From Raillietiella orientalis (lineage: Eukaryota): a DNA stretch of 64,000 nt. The stretch spans positions 1,612,001 to 1,676,000 of the forward strand of contig JAYWIR010000001.1 of assembly GCA_036172245.1 (NCBI GenBank). The letters are read 5' to 3'. The notes beneath the pieces are model-generated. The model made no database searches and was not told the DNA's origin. It saw only the letters and a program-made list of their open reading frames with translations. Shown piece by piece: positions 24,041 to 36,050 of the stretch (position 1 is its first letter; the number at the start of each line of letters is the position of its first letter). A program made the translations under genes and the position numbers.

Positions 24041-27000
24041 TTCTCTTCTTGTCACACTCTTCCTCCTCTTGTCCTCCTCAGGTGAGTTGACCGTCCTCGG
24101 GGTCGGCGGTTCCCAGGACTGCAGGGTCGCAAGAGCGGCCTTCGAGGTTCATCCCCGATGGTCCTCTCGTCCACCGTATGTGGGCCGCCTTCCCGAAAAG
24201 GCCCCGTCCTCTCCGAGCTCTTCCTTCTTCTCCTCTGGGGCTCCTTTGCTCCTTTGCGCTCGGCCGGCGCTCTTCCTCCCAGGAGGCACTCGCTTCCCGG
24301 CTCCGGCAGCCTCCAGCGAGCCTAGGATTTCGGGTCAGCGGTCCACCCCGTCCTTCCTTGCCGTTGGCGAGTGGCCGGCGCTTGCTTGCCGGAGGGGCGA
24401 TGGCTCCCTGGGGACGAGGGCGGCGGTCCCCGGCGTGCGGCCGTTTCTCTTCTCTGGTCTCCGGGCGCCGCTCCTCCTGGAGTGGCCCGTCCGGGACGGA
24501 GGGGCGAAGGAGGAGAAGCGGGTCTCGGTGACGGGACGGAGGACCCCCCTCTCCCCCCTCCTTCCTTCTTTTCTTTTTTTTTCCTCTCCCTTCGGTGCCG
24601 CGCGTTTCTCATGTCCCCACGGTCCGGCTGCCGCCGCGCTTCCATGGGTCCCGAGCGGGGGATGATCGATACCCGCAGCCTCCAATTAGTCCGCGCGCGC
24701 CATCCCGCGGCCTCTCTCTCCCCCTCCCCCTTCGCTCCCTGCCTCCCTTCCTCCCTCCCTCCTTCCCCTCCGCTCCCGGAAAACACCGGCGTTCCCGAAA
24801 TACGCCGCGTCGTCCCGGCGACGCTTCGCGGGACGCCGGGCTCCCCTGCGCTCGACACGACTCCCGGCCGGGATCGCGCGGAGACGTGCACCCGGCGAGC
24901 GGATCGATAATCAAATTTAGCGGTCCAGATCGCAGCATCCGCGCGCAGTCCGTCCGGGCGGGAGCGGCTGCCGCCGCAGCTAGGAGCTTCGCCGCGGAGC
25001 CGCTGCGCGCGCCACCGCCTGACCTCCCCTTCGTTTCTTGAGCGGGGGAGGGGTGGAGCCCCCCTTCCTGCTTCCCCTCCCACGTCCCCCCCTCCCTGGG
25101 ATCGAAGCGACGCGCGCGGTCACCTCGCCTCCTCCGAGAGGAGCCCGGGTCGTCCCTCCCCCTCCTCCGACGCGCCTCCGCGGGCGGGACGTCGCTCCAT
25201 CCAAGAGCTTCCCGAGCCGCGGGAGGATGGAGGGTTCCCGCTGCGGCCCCTCCGCTCCCGCCGCGACGCCTCCTTGGGACGCTTCGCCAGGCAGGGCGCG
25301 TCCCGGGAACGGGCGCGTCTGAGGGATTTTTTTTTCCCCTCTTCTTCTTCTTCCCCTTCGTCCCGGTCCGTTCCCGGGACGTCCGGGAGAGGAGAGTCCC
25401 CTCGCGCCAGCTCGTGCCCAGCCCTCGGGACGACAGAACTCCCAGGACGCTCTTCCCCTCGCCTTCCGGGGGGACGCTCCGCTCGGCATCCACGCGGAGT
25501 GGGAAGAACCTTTTGTCCTCCCCCACGATCCCTCGGAATTAGGGTACCGGTGGAGGATTGACTGGCGGCGGTTCCTTAGGGTTCTTGCGGGAGTTGGGAG
25601 CTTCCGAGCGGCGGCAGCCGTCACCCTGAGCGAGCCAGGCAGCGTGCGGGTGTGCAGGAAAAGCAGCGCGCGGTGCCATCGCGACCCCATGGCAGGGAAT
25701 TTCCCAGGAGAAGCTTCTGCAAGGCGGGAGGGACTGTCTGCCCATCGAGGGCTGCCTCCGGCGGCCCGCGGTCCTCGGATGAGCCCCAGGTTCGCCCCTT
25801 CCGCCTCACGGAAAGCCTCTCTTGAGCCACGGATACCGTCGATGAGTCATCCCAGCTTTCGGGACCATCGGGTCGTCGGGACAACGATGGCTGCGTGAGG
25901 GCGGGCGTTGCAGTCCCGCGGGTCGGACGCCGTCTGCTTGATCGGCCGTGAAATCCGCGGGAAAGAGTTGCAGCGCTGAGTTCAGTTCCTTCGGGGAGCT
26001 TCCCGGTCGAGCTTTGCTCCTCGGACGCAGCATCCCTTCCTCTCTGTGCTGTGCGTGTGCCGGTGCTGCGCGACGATCGATTTGCCAACGACGTAGTTCG
26101 TGTTCCAGGAACATCCGTTCTGCGCACGAAGGTGCGGAGGCTGCGGGGGGGAACGCACGCTTCGAGCGTGATCTCTCCCAGTGGTATGCTGTGAAATTTG
26201 ATTCCCGGACCATCCCCACCTCATGCTACGCTCTGCTCCTCACCCCCCGGAAACTGAGGAGCGAAGAGGTCTTTCCCGTCAGAAGTCGTGGTTTTCCTTG
26301 CTTTTTTTCTCCATTCGGAAGGTGTTTGCATTCCGTTTCCCCAGTTACGCCGTTGGTGAATCCTAAGCGCCACGGCACACCCGCGCACCTTCACAGCCTG
26401 CTGGCGAATACCTGCCTCAGACTGTGAAGTTAGCGGGCTGTTGGTAAGCGACGGTTGTCGTCGTCAAGCGACCGCCATTGTTCGCCGAACGCGTCTTCCT
26501 CCTCCTCGGTCAGGTTACATTGTTGGGCTGCTGGCAAGCGACGGACGCCATCGTCAAGTGACCGGGGTTGACCGCACATTCATAGGCACGCTGGAAAAAG
26601 CTTTCCAGCAGCTTCCTTCCCCCCCCCCTTCCTTCTCCCCTTTCCTTCTGGGCATTGCACGGCTTGTTGCAAGGGAACCATACGTTTCTATCGGGAGCGT
26701 CCTGTCGGGACGGGCTCACGTGATCGCGCGCGAAGGGTTTCCCGCCGTTGCCGGATGATTTATCACCATTGGCTGCGCCGCTCACCCAAAAGCCAGTGGC
26801 TCGCATCGGGAGTTCCCGTAACCGGGGAAACAATTCGCGTCAGCGAGGAGCGCTCGCGGGCGCCTCCGCAAGGGGACGGGGCAACCCGCATGGCGCCGCC
26901 GTCGTGTGCATCCGGAGGCTTCCCAAAGAATCCGCCGCAAGCTGCAGTTTCCGCGCGCCCCACGATGGATGCGTGCGTCCCCTGTCTTCGGCGGTCGGGT

Positions 27001-27729
27001 GCTGTCGTTCGTCCCATCCGAGGAAGCTCCGGGAATTTGTGCGGGACCCAGAAGGAAAGGGCGGCAGCCTTCCAGAGCCATGCTCCCCCGTGGTCACCGA
27101 GTCCGGGCACGGCGAAGGGAGGAAAGGGAAGACTCCACTCCCGCTGGAGTGCGAAGGCGTTTCTCCTCCCTCCCGGCTTTCCTTCCTAAGATGGGCTGCG
27201 AGGGCGACAGGAAGGTTGCCGCCGGAAGCAGAGTACCGCCTGCCCGCGGGTCTTCCGGCCTGTAGGTGAAACGTGCGCGCTCAAGGCAGTCGCTCGCTCG
27301 CTCGCGCGGAACGCCAGAAGAGGGCGAGTAGCGGCCACAGAAGCAGCGGAACTGGGCGAAGCGCGTGGGTGGAGGAAGGTAAGGAGACGGGGGACATGAC
27401 CTTCTCCTTCCAGCCTCCTCAGATCTCCTTCTGCCCGGAGACGAGCACTGCTTTCCCGAAGCTACGTGGCCGCTCTAGACCTCCTGGAGCTCAGGGAAGC
27501 GGTGGCAAAGGGGGGAGGGGGTAGAAGAGAAGGTAGTGGCCCCGTAGCTCCAGGGCATCACGAGACCCCGGGACGAATGGCTTCCGGGATTCGAGTGACC
27601 CCATCACCCTGGCATTCCTTGGCCGTCCTCCGCAAGCGCCAGGGACCCCTCCGGAAGGGAAGGAGGTGCTCGCCATCTCTTCCTCCTTCCCTTTCTCCCT
27701 ACTCCACGCCCCTGGCTAGGGCGCGAGCG

Positions 27730-29170
27730 AGCTGAACAGCCAGGAGGATCACGAAGCACCTCCTGCTCCCGAGGCGCCATCTTGACGAAGGCGCGTGTGT
27801 GCTTCTGCTGCTAAGGCAGGAGCACGGCCGCGTCCCCGCAGCTCTCCCTAGGGAGCGGAAAGAAGGGGTCCATTCGGTGACCCCTCGAGATCCGCGCCTC
27901 CTTCCGGGTTCGCTCCCGTGGCGACGAGAGGAAGGTCTGCTGATGAGTCGCAGATAAGCCTGTTCGGAAAGCTCCCCATGGCCTACGGGGAGTGCGCGGA
28001 AGTGGTCGCGCAAGCGGGCGGCCGAAAGGGAGGTGCCTGCTCGACTACCGGAGGCGATGGCCTCTCCTCCTTCACGCCTCCTCCCTGGCGCGAAGGTGAG
28101 ACGCTCGAACCGGGAAAGGTTTTCACCCGAAGGAGTTCATAAGGGTCCCATTTTCCCTGCCCCGACCTGGGGTGAAAACTCCCTTTCCCCGCCTTTGCCG
28201 GCCACAGACGGCCTCGGCCGTTCCCATGAGCAGTCACTTCCTTCCACCTCCTCTTCCTCCTCCTGCTCCCTTTTTCCTCTTCTTCTTCCTTCTCCTCCTC
28301 CTTCTCCAGGTCCGATGGTGAGAACGGAACGTTCCGTCGTTGCTCCTGCGCACGCCTCAGGCGCCCGTCCCGCGAAGAGGATGGGCACTCCGCCTTCGTT
28401 CTTCCCTTCCCTTTCTCCGAGCGCACCTCTTGTCTTCGCACGCCTATCACGCAGTCCAGGAGTTCTGATCATGTATGCTGGACTGGATGCTGAGCTTCCT
28501 GAGGCTGGGGTTCGAGACTCCGCGATGCCACCCGATAGCGGTGAGCGCATCTGATCTTCAGGGTTCCCTCTCTCGGTCCTTGGACCCAGAGACCCTGGAG
28601 ATTTGGCCCTGAAGCCCGTTCGATCTCCTCCCGGGCCTCCTGACAGCGTCGCGTCCGAAGCCCGCGGAAGTCGGGGTCTGGGCCTGCTTTCTTGCGCGCG
28701 CCCGCTGCCTCCGCGGCGGCCTCCGAGGATTTCGCCTGTCTTCGCTGCTGCCCTGACGCCCGTGCGCTCAAAGACATGGACGGATTCGCTTTGGTCCGTT
28801 GGCGCCACGGGCGAAGGAGCGCGACCTGCTGTTCTCCCGTGACTTTGGGAACCACGTGCCCATCGGCAGGGATAGAGGTGATGGATGCCGGGATGGGTGG
28901 GATCGAAGAACCGCATCGTATCTCCTGAACCACGTCCGGAGGCTGTTCGCGAGGAACCCTTCCGCCACGTCAGACCTCCGGGACCTCTCTGAGACTCGAA
29001 CGAATCCTCCTGCAACGGGGATGTTGGAAGGCAGGAAAGGCTCCGCCCTGGCTCGAGCGCCATCCATTCTCAGGGCTCGTCGCTCCAGCAGGCGAGTCCC
29101 TGTGCTGCATCTTCCCATGGCCACCGCTCTGCTGCCCGTAGCAAACAACGCCTTTCGCGGGATCTGGTGA
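27730..29170 (+). mobile_element. Ancient decayed LINE ORF2 relic (I/Jockey/R1-like)
   Basis: Ordered remnants across frames: LPRERKEG..RDPRLLPGS (~PxxWKxA..KDPxxPxSYRP), ISLFGKL, QAGGRKGGACST (~QxGFRxGRS), LEPGKVFTR (~LDxxKAFDRV), later DLLFSRDFGNHV and SSRRVPVLHLPMATALLPV (~RSTPxxxLxxExGxxPL). Confidence 0.4.
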
Positions 29171-29574
29171 GTGCCATCGCCGTGGGCGGGCTCTCCATGA
29201 ACCGACGTTTGGTTCATTCCACAGTGCCGGTTACGCTGACCAGCAGCCGGTCCGCTGGGAGACGTCCGCGGAAGCGGCAGTCTGGCAGACCTCTCGTCCA
29301 CTTAAGACTTGAGAACAGATCGAGGCCACTTCTCCCCCAAGGCCTCTTCTGATCATAGGCTTTACCGGATGAGACTCCCGCTTCGGCGAGCGCCGCCTAT
29401 CTCGAGTGGATCCGGGAAGGCTCAGGAGGAAGGAGTCCTCTCACGCATGGAAGGAAACCCCGGAGGGAACGCTCTCCCTGGCTGTCTCCGAAGGGAACCT
29501 CTCACTCATTCTCTCCGGAAGGATTCCCAGTTTGGGTGCGGGTCGCACCACTTTTCTTCCCCGAAGGGGACCCG

Positions 29575-30332
29575 GAGCGAGGATCACCGACGGCACGGTG
29601 TATTCCTGTGCTGCATCGTCGCGAATGTTCCGTCAAATCTTCTGAGCGGCCAACTGTCTGCAGATCCACGTGCGTCGTCACGCGAGCTTCCCCTTCTCGG
29701 AGGAACCGCGGAAGCAGTTCCCAGGTGCCTTTTTCGGGTGGTCTCTTTTTCTTGCTGAGGTGGCTGCGTGCTGTCCATCGGCACAAGAGCACAGCGGAGC
29801 GAGCGATACCAATGGTTTCTTTGCTTTCCCTTATTCTTCCGGGTCTTCTTCACATCACACACGCGTGCTGGAGGAAGCCAACGTGCGCGAGGGTCGGCAA
29901 GGATTGGAGCAAAGGGGTGGAGCATGCTTCCCGGAGGCCTGATCCTGCCGGGAAGCGGAGTTGAGCGCGTGAAACCAGCCGAAGAGAACGCGGCGTTCCT
30001 TTCGGAAAGTCAGGACGACCTTCGAGACCTCTTGCAGAACGTTCGGGAAGCGCATCCTAAGATTTGGATGCTCCCGGACAGGGCCCCATCTCGAAAGGGG
30101 GCACGGGCCAGGGGGAGGGGGGATTTGAAAGCGTCGAGTTGGTCGCGACTCAACCGACTCGCGTGGTCGTCCAGTCGACGGTCCCACTCGCCACCCAGCA
30201 TCGCGGCATCAAGATGCGAAATGAACCAGCAGCCAAGAGGATGAGCTGATCTTAGCATCCCGGAGGAAGAACGGGAGGGCGCACGGGAACAGCAAAACGC
30301 GAGCAGGAACGGCTCCTTTTCGTCCTGGTTTT
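29575..30332 (-). repeat. Copy B of the 758-bp inverted repeat pair (partner 20128..20885)
   Basis: See copy A. It abuts the 5' side of the L1/Tx1 relic. Confidence 0.95.
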
Positions 30333-30339
30333 TCCGTCC

Positions 30340-33300
30340 CCCCAAGGGAGGGGAGCGGCTCCATTTTCACAACCGGAGGGGAACCGCGAAGGGCTCTTTG
30401 ATTCCTGGAAGGACCCCAGAGGGTCAACTTCCAATAACGGTCAGTCAATGGGGACATCTGGCTTCCACCAGTGACGCGTTTTTCCGCGTCTCCCTTGCAC
30501 TGCCTACCTTCAGACTTCGGAGTTGCCACCCGGGTACTCCCGGGGCTTTTATTAAAAAACTCTACATCACGTGGTCAATAACACCGGACCTGTCGGGACG
30601 CTGGGATGCAGACCAGCGTAACTCTCCTCGGCAGTGAAAGGGGGTGGGGAGAAAACAAGAAGAAAAATAAAGGAACTTCGGAGAGGGTGTCCGTAACGAG
30701 CGGGGGTAACTATGCGCCCGCCGTTACAGCGGAACACCCAACATCCGGAAGCTGGCAGAATTCAAAGAGGGAGCCGAGAGGCAAGCCTGGCAATCCGAAT
30801 CGGCCAGCTTGCTGGACGACGAGGGCCGGGAACTCTCGGCTCCCGCGTAGGTGAGAGGAATCATCCGAAAGTTTTATTCCTTCCTGTACGCGAGAGCGCC
30901 TCCCGAGCGGGACATCGCGCGATTTCTGCTTCCGGAAGGCTCTCCAGCGATCGTAGAGGAGCAGAGAAGAAACCTCGATGAGCCGTTCGCGATGGGCGAG
31001 ATCATCACTGCCATCGGAAAGCTCAAGAGGCGTAAGGCTCCAGGGGAGCACGGCCTGCCTGCGGAGTTTTTCCAGTGCTTCGCGGCAGAGCTGACTCCCC
31101 CGGTACACGAATTGACCTTGCTGATACGCGAAACAGGCGACGTTCCCGCTTCGTTTCGCTCAGCAAAGGTACAGCTCCTTCCCAAAGGAGGAGACCTAAG
31201 GAGCATAAACAACTGGCGGCCGATTACCGTGGCCAACGCGGACATCAAGTTGCTACCGAAACTGTGGGCCGAGCAGCTGGGGCGGTGGCAGAAAGCTTCA
31301 TCAGTCCGGAGCAGTCGTATGCAGTTCCCGAGTGGAGCATGGACGCCAACCTGCTCTCCACTAGCACCTGGTTCGCATCTCAGAAGGAAAAGGAGATGAT
31401 GGGCAACCGGAATTCCGGAGCGTCCGTCGGCCAGGGGTGGGAAGGTCGGGTGGGAGTGGGAGCCCTTGCGGTCGCAGTCGACCTGCACAAGGCATTCGAC
31501 TGTGTTGACCAGGCGCTCCTTCTGGAGCTGCTGGAACGCCTGGGCTTTCCGGCCTCATTGTCGGCCTATCTGTGCTCCAGCTGGCGCCACGCGCTCATCA
31601 GCATCTCTTTCAGCGGGCAGACGGTGCATGGCGTGCCAGTGAGACGCGGTATACGGCAGCCTGAGACCCCTGCTCTTTAGCACCTATTTCGAATTGTGCT
31701 GAGTGCATACAGGGAGACTCTGTCTCCACCCGCGCATATGTCCCGGTACGCCTGCCGTCTCAGCAGACGCGGACGATCTTCTACTGCTACTCCGCATATC
31801 CAACCCAGGATGCGCACTCGACCATTTCTTCGAGCTGTTCAGTCGTAGGACGGGTCTGGTGGTGAACAAGGCGAAGTCGTGCGTGGTTCCCGTTGGTGCG
31901 TCGTGGGCAGAGTGGCCGGACTGGATCCGCCTGGGGATCCCCACGGGCTGGTACTTGAAGTACCTGGGTGTTTCGTTGGGGGACTTCTGCTCCTCAAAAT
32001 CCTGGTCCGGCCGTCTTCAGAAAGCACTGCAGGTGCTCGGCCCGTTCCAAAGAGGCAGCTTTTATCTGCCGGAGAGGGCCGCGGTGTGGAACACGTTTGT
32101 AGTCCCCCCCCTTCCGCCCTTTGCTTTTTGTTTGCCCGCCGCTATGCAGCATTAGAAAGCGGACGAAAAACCTCCTCCAGATCTCCCTATGGAGCAAAGA
32201 GAGGCCACGAATCCGCCTAAAGGACTTGTATGCTCCGCGCCGGGACGGTGGCCTAGGCCTTCTGACGCTGGAGCGAAAGGAGCTGCAGCTCCAGTTTCGA
32301 ACACCGATCCTCATGGAAAAATTATGGAGCACCACCTGGTGCCAACCTGCACGTCTCCTCGTCCAGCAAGCCACCGGCAGCGTGGGACTCGCATCCTTCC
32401 TTGCGCGCCGTCCATGCAGTCGCATCCACGGCGGACTGCTCCTGCGGCAGGTGGCCACTCTAAAGAATAAAAACGGATGGATCTCGTGCCGCCCCGCGAA
32501 CGGTAGTGCCTGGTTACAGGGAACCGTGTGCACGTGGGCGCGGATCCAGGAGCCAAGCGCGGAACAGGTGCGACGTTTTCTGTGCGCGCGTAAGAACAAC
32601 TGCACGCTCCGGGAGATCCTGGAAGATCCCGCGAAGAGTGCGTAGGCAAGCAGAATCTCCCTCGCCGCCACGCTGCCCTCCCTTAGGGAACACTTGGACA
32701 GCAGCCTTACGGTTAGTTGGGAGGAGGTTGCTGTGGAAATCTCTGGAAGGAGGAAAGGGCTGGGCGAGTGGACGACGGGCCAGCTCACCGACGCTGAGAC
32801 CCCGAGTACTTGACCTCATGGGCTTTTGCGCTGAGGCGTGCTAATGGGTATTCCGGAGGAAGACCTGTAGTGGACCCCGGTGCTCAGGAACACCCGCACC
32901 TGCACCCCTCAAAGTGGCATGAGTCAGCATTGATGCTGCTGCACTTGGACCTCCCGTACAACGCCAGCCGCCATCATTGGACACGGGGGTATGTGAACCC
33001 AAACTGTGCAAGGTGCGGGGAGCAGAAATCGATCCTGCACCTGTTTGTGAACTGTTGCCCTCTGGTTCCTTTGGGGACGCTTTGCTGCGACCCTTGGAAC
33101 CCCCGGCGGCAACGCCAGGGGAAGTCAGAACGACAAGGACGCCATCTATTCTGCTGTTTTCTTCATGAGGACAGCGTCAAGATGGCCCCATCTGGGAGTC
33201 TTGAAACAGGAACTTGCCGGCATCCTTGCAACGATATAGATGACACCCTCCAGCACACAGTGATCCCTTCCCGAACCACTCCCCCCTTTTTTGACTGTAT

Positions 33301-33340
33301 ATGTTTTTGTTTTATGTGTTTCTATTTGTTTGTCTCCCCT
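30340..33340 (+). mobile_element. Inactivated L1/Tx1-clade non-LTR retrotransposon (ORF2: RT plus C-terminal CCHC knuckle), 5'-truncated, with frameshifts and stops
   Basis: IIRKFYSFLY; KAPGEHGLPAEFF; VQLLPKGGDLRSINNWRPITVANADIKLL; ISPEQS; VDLHKAFDCVD; RRGIRQ; ADADD (YADD position); TGLVVNKAKS; LKYLGV; LYAPRRDGGLGL; CARCGEQKSILHLFVNC (33005..33055, CX2CX7HX4C); T-rich 3' region. The motifs are split over at least five ORF fragments. The 5' boundary is approximate. Confidence 0.88.
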
Positions 33341-33399
33341 TCCCCTGCGCTGCCGAGGCGACCCCACTGGCCTGCGTGCCAGATCCCTGCAGATTCATC

Positions 33400-33650
33400 T
33401 TCGTAGTTAAGAGTAACTTGGCAGGATCAAACGTCCTGCTACAGATGTGTCTGTTTATTTTGTAAGTAAAGCCCCGGCGTGACCGGTAGCAACCAGTGCC
33501 ACGCCCGAAGTCAGTATCGTCCTGCGGCGGGGACTCGAAACTCATGACGCACCCCTCGTTCTCGGCATTGATGCTTCTCCAGGCGGGATTCGAACCCGTG
33601 ACGCTTGGTACCACGAGCAGAGACCGCGGCCTCACGCCGCCAACGCGGGA
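33400..33650 (-). mobile_element. tRNA-derived SINE-like element / pseudo-tRNA with a duplicated T-arm (B-box) segment
   Basis: Minus strand from 33650: TGGCGGCGTGAGG (A-box-like) ... gcgtcacGGGTTCGAATCCCgcc (T-arm with B box), then a second degenerate copy gcgtcatgaGTTTCGAGTCCccgcc (~33550..33525). The D-arm and acceptor stem pair poorly, so this is not an intact tRNA. Confidence 0.55.
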
Positions 33651-35845
33651 AGAGGGGGGATCAGAGAACCGGTCACTAGACGGTTCTAGTCGCCCTTCCA
33701 TGGGTCCTGCTTTCAGCACCTACGCTCAGGTTGCACGTGGAGGTCGCTTCAAGGCCTCCTCCCTAGCTTCGTCCCGGCCGGGCGCAGAGCTCGCCATGTT
33801 CCGCTTCCAGGAGTCACCTCTTGATTGACAGAGGGGTGCGATGGAAACCGACTCCTTCCCTGCAAGGGTGGAGCCGCCTGGAATCGCAACCGCCTCCCCC
33901 CCCCTGGACCTCTGCCCTAAAGTGGAACCTCTGCGCTCGGCGCTCGGCGCTGCCACCCTGCGGGCAGGATTCCGGTCTTGTGCACTCCCGCGCAAAGCAC
34001 GGTGGACGTTCCTTTCCCGTATCCTCCCGCGAGGACCTCGGCTATCCGACCCGCGGGAGGATACTGTGCCTCTGCAGGCGGTACGCTTGGCTGCGACCTG
34101 ACGAGCGAACCCGTACGCCTGTGCAGAGAGGGTGCGGGTTCCCTCCTCCTCCTCCTCCTCCTCCTCCTCCTGAAGGGTGCTGAAGTGGAAGAAGAAGAAG
34201 AAGAGGGGGGTGGGAGAGACCATCGTTCTAATAATTAGAAGTTCCTCCCTCGATGGAAAGGTACGAATGGGACGGGAAGAGTTTGTTTATTGCGGTACGG
34301 AAGACAAACGAGGCAGGGGAGGGAAAGTGGAAGAAAGGAAACCATGGAAACGCGCGGAAATTGAATCCGAGAGCTGACCAATGAAATCTGCGAGCGGCTC
34401 CGGATTCTTCCCATGCTTTATTGCATCTTCGGGTCACCCAAATCTGCGCTCCGGGTTGCCCGTTCCTCGTCCCCTGAGTCCCGGCACACTCCAGGCGGCG
34501 GACCTCGGGGACGAGCCGCGCTCTTGGGGGACTCCCCTTTTTCCAGCAGGCGGACCGAGGTCCACGAAGAAAACGGAGTCGGTCCTGCTGGTTCCCTCCT
34601 GCAGACGGAGTGAGCGCACGAGAAGGGGAGCTTTGCGAGCTGCCGGGACGGTGAGACCTCGTGAGTGGTGCAGCCTCCGCATCCCGCTGTAGGCTCCACC
34701 GGCAGCAGGCGCTTTCCTCGACCTCTCCCTCGCATCTTCAGAGAGGGGGAAACGCGCTCGCGCGGGCAAACAAAAAAAAGAGAAAGAAAAAAAAAAAAAA
34801 GGTGTGATCTTCCCCTTTTGGTACGCGCGCGCTGAAAGCCTCGCCGCGCGAGGAGGCCGCGCACGACTTTCGGCCTTTCCCACGTGCCGTCCTCAGAGAG
34901 CTGCCGCCGACGTTTCTCTCAAGATTGGTCCCCGCGCCTCGCTGGCGCTCGCGAAAGCACCTCGTAACGGTAATCCATAAATTCCTCTTCGTCCTGTCCT
35001 CCTCCTCCACCTCCCGTTCTGATTGCGCCACGGAAAACCAGAGAAATTGGATTAACCGGATTGGGATCCATCCATTTCTTAAGGAAACTGAAAAATTGAT
35101 AGGTGCGCGGATAGAGGGACGGCAGCGGAACGACGCTATCTAGGAAGGGACCAAAGGGAAGCGTCCTGGATGACGTTTTGTCCATCTGTCGAAAAAAAAA
35201 AATAGCAACCAAAAGGAGAAGAAGAAAAAGAAGAAGAAGGAAAAGAAAAAGGACGCGCGTTCTCCCTCCAGCGCGGGATCATACTGGCAATCACAGCGGC
35301 TTCCATGGCAACGCCGGACGGAACCACGCGCAGCAGCGGTGAGAAATGCCGAGGCGTCTTCCGCACGCCGACAGCGGGCCCTCCGCACTTTGCCGAAGAA
35401 GCGGAGGTCGACCCTTCGGAACGAGTCGCAAACTCGCAATCCCAGGGGATCCCGTCCTGTGACCAGGCATCGGGGAGCAGTGAGGGCAGCTCAGCCTTCC
35501 CTCCGTTTCCGGGACTCGGAATGGACAGTTCCGTTCCTTCCGCACTGTCTCTCCGCAAACGCGCTGACTCCTGGGTGGGAACCGCTCGGTGGTCTTTGGC
35601 GTGGGCTGCCACAGTGCTTGCAACCACCTCCTTCCTCCCCCCTCCTCCGAGGGAGGAGGAAGGGAGGAAGACGACGAGGAAGTAGGGAGGAGGAAAGCTC
35701 CTCCTCCGAGTGGCTTCGCCGATGGTGTTGCTGCCACACCGCGTTCCTTTATCCTTCCGCCCGCTTTAGAGCCTTCCCTCAGCTTCCTTTTGTCCTGCAC
35801 CTCGCACTCGGACGCTCCCTGGACGCGCCGGGTGGGAGGGAGCGG

Positions 35846-36050
35846 CGGACCTGCTGTTCCCCCGTGACCTTGGGAACCGCGTGCGCACCGGCGGGGATGG
35901 AGGTGCGATGGCTGCCAGAGAGCGGCGGGGTTGAGGAACCGAACGGAACCGAATCCCCCAAACCAAGTCCCCGGACGAGGTTCAGGGGTCAGACCTCCGG
36001 GATCTCGCTGTAACCTGAGGGGAACCTGCCGTTCCCCTGCGACAGGGAGC
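35846..36050 (+). repeat. Diverged relative of 28822..29000 (same old LINE family)
   Basis: gacctgctgttc(c/t)cccgtgac(c/t)ttgggaacc and gtcagacctccggga are shared and colinear between the two sites. Confidence 0.7.

Noticed and set aside
20128-30332. TIR DNA transposon or DIRS element
   Set aside because: No TSD, transposase or tyrosine recombinase, and the interior looks far older than the arms.
33570-33650. Functional tRNA gene
   Set aside because: The T-arm is good but the acceptor, D and anticodon stems do not pair properly.
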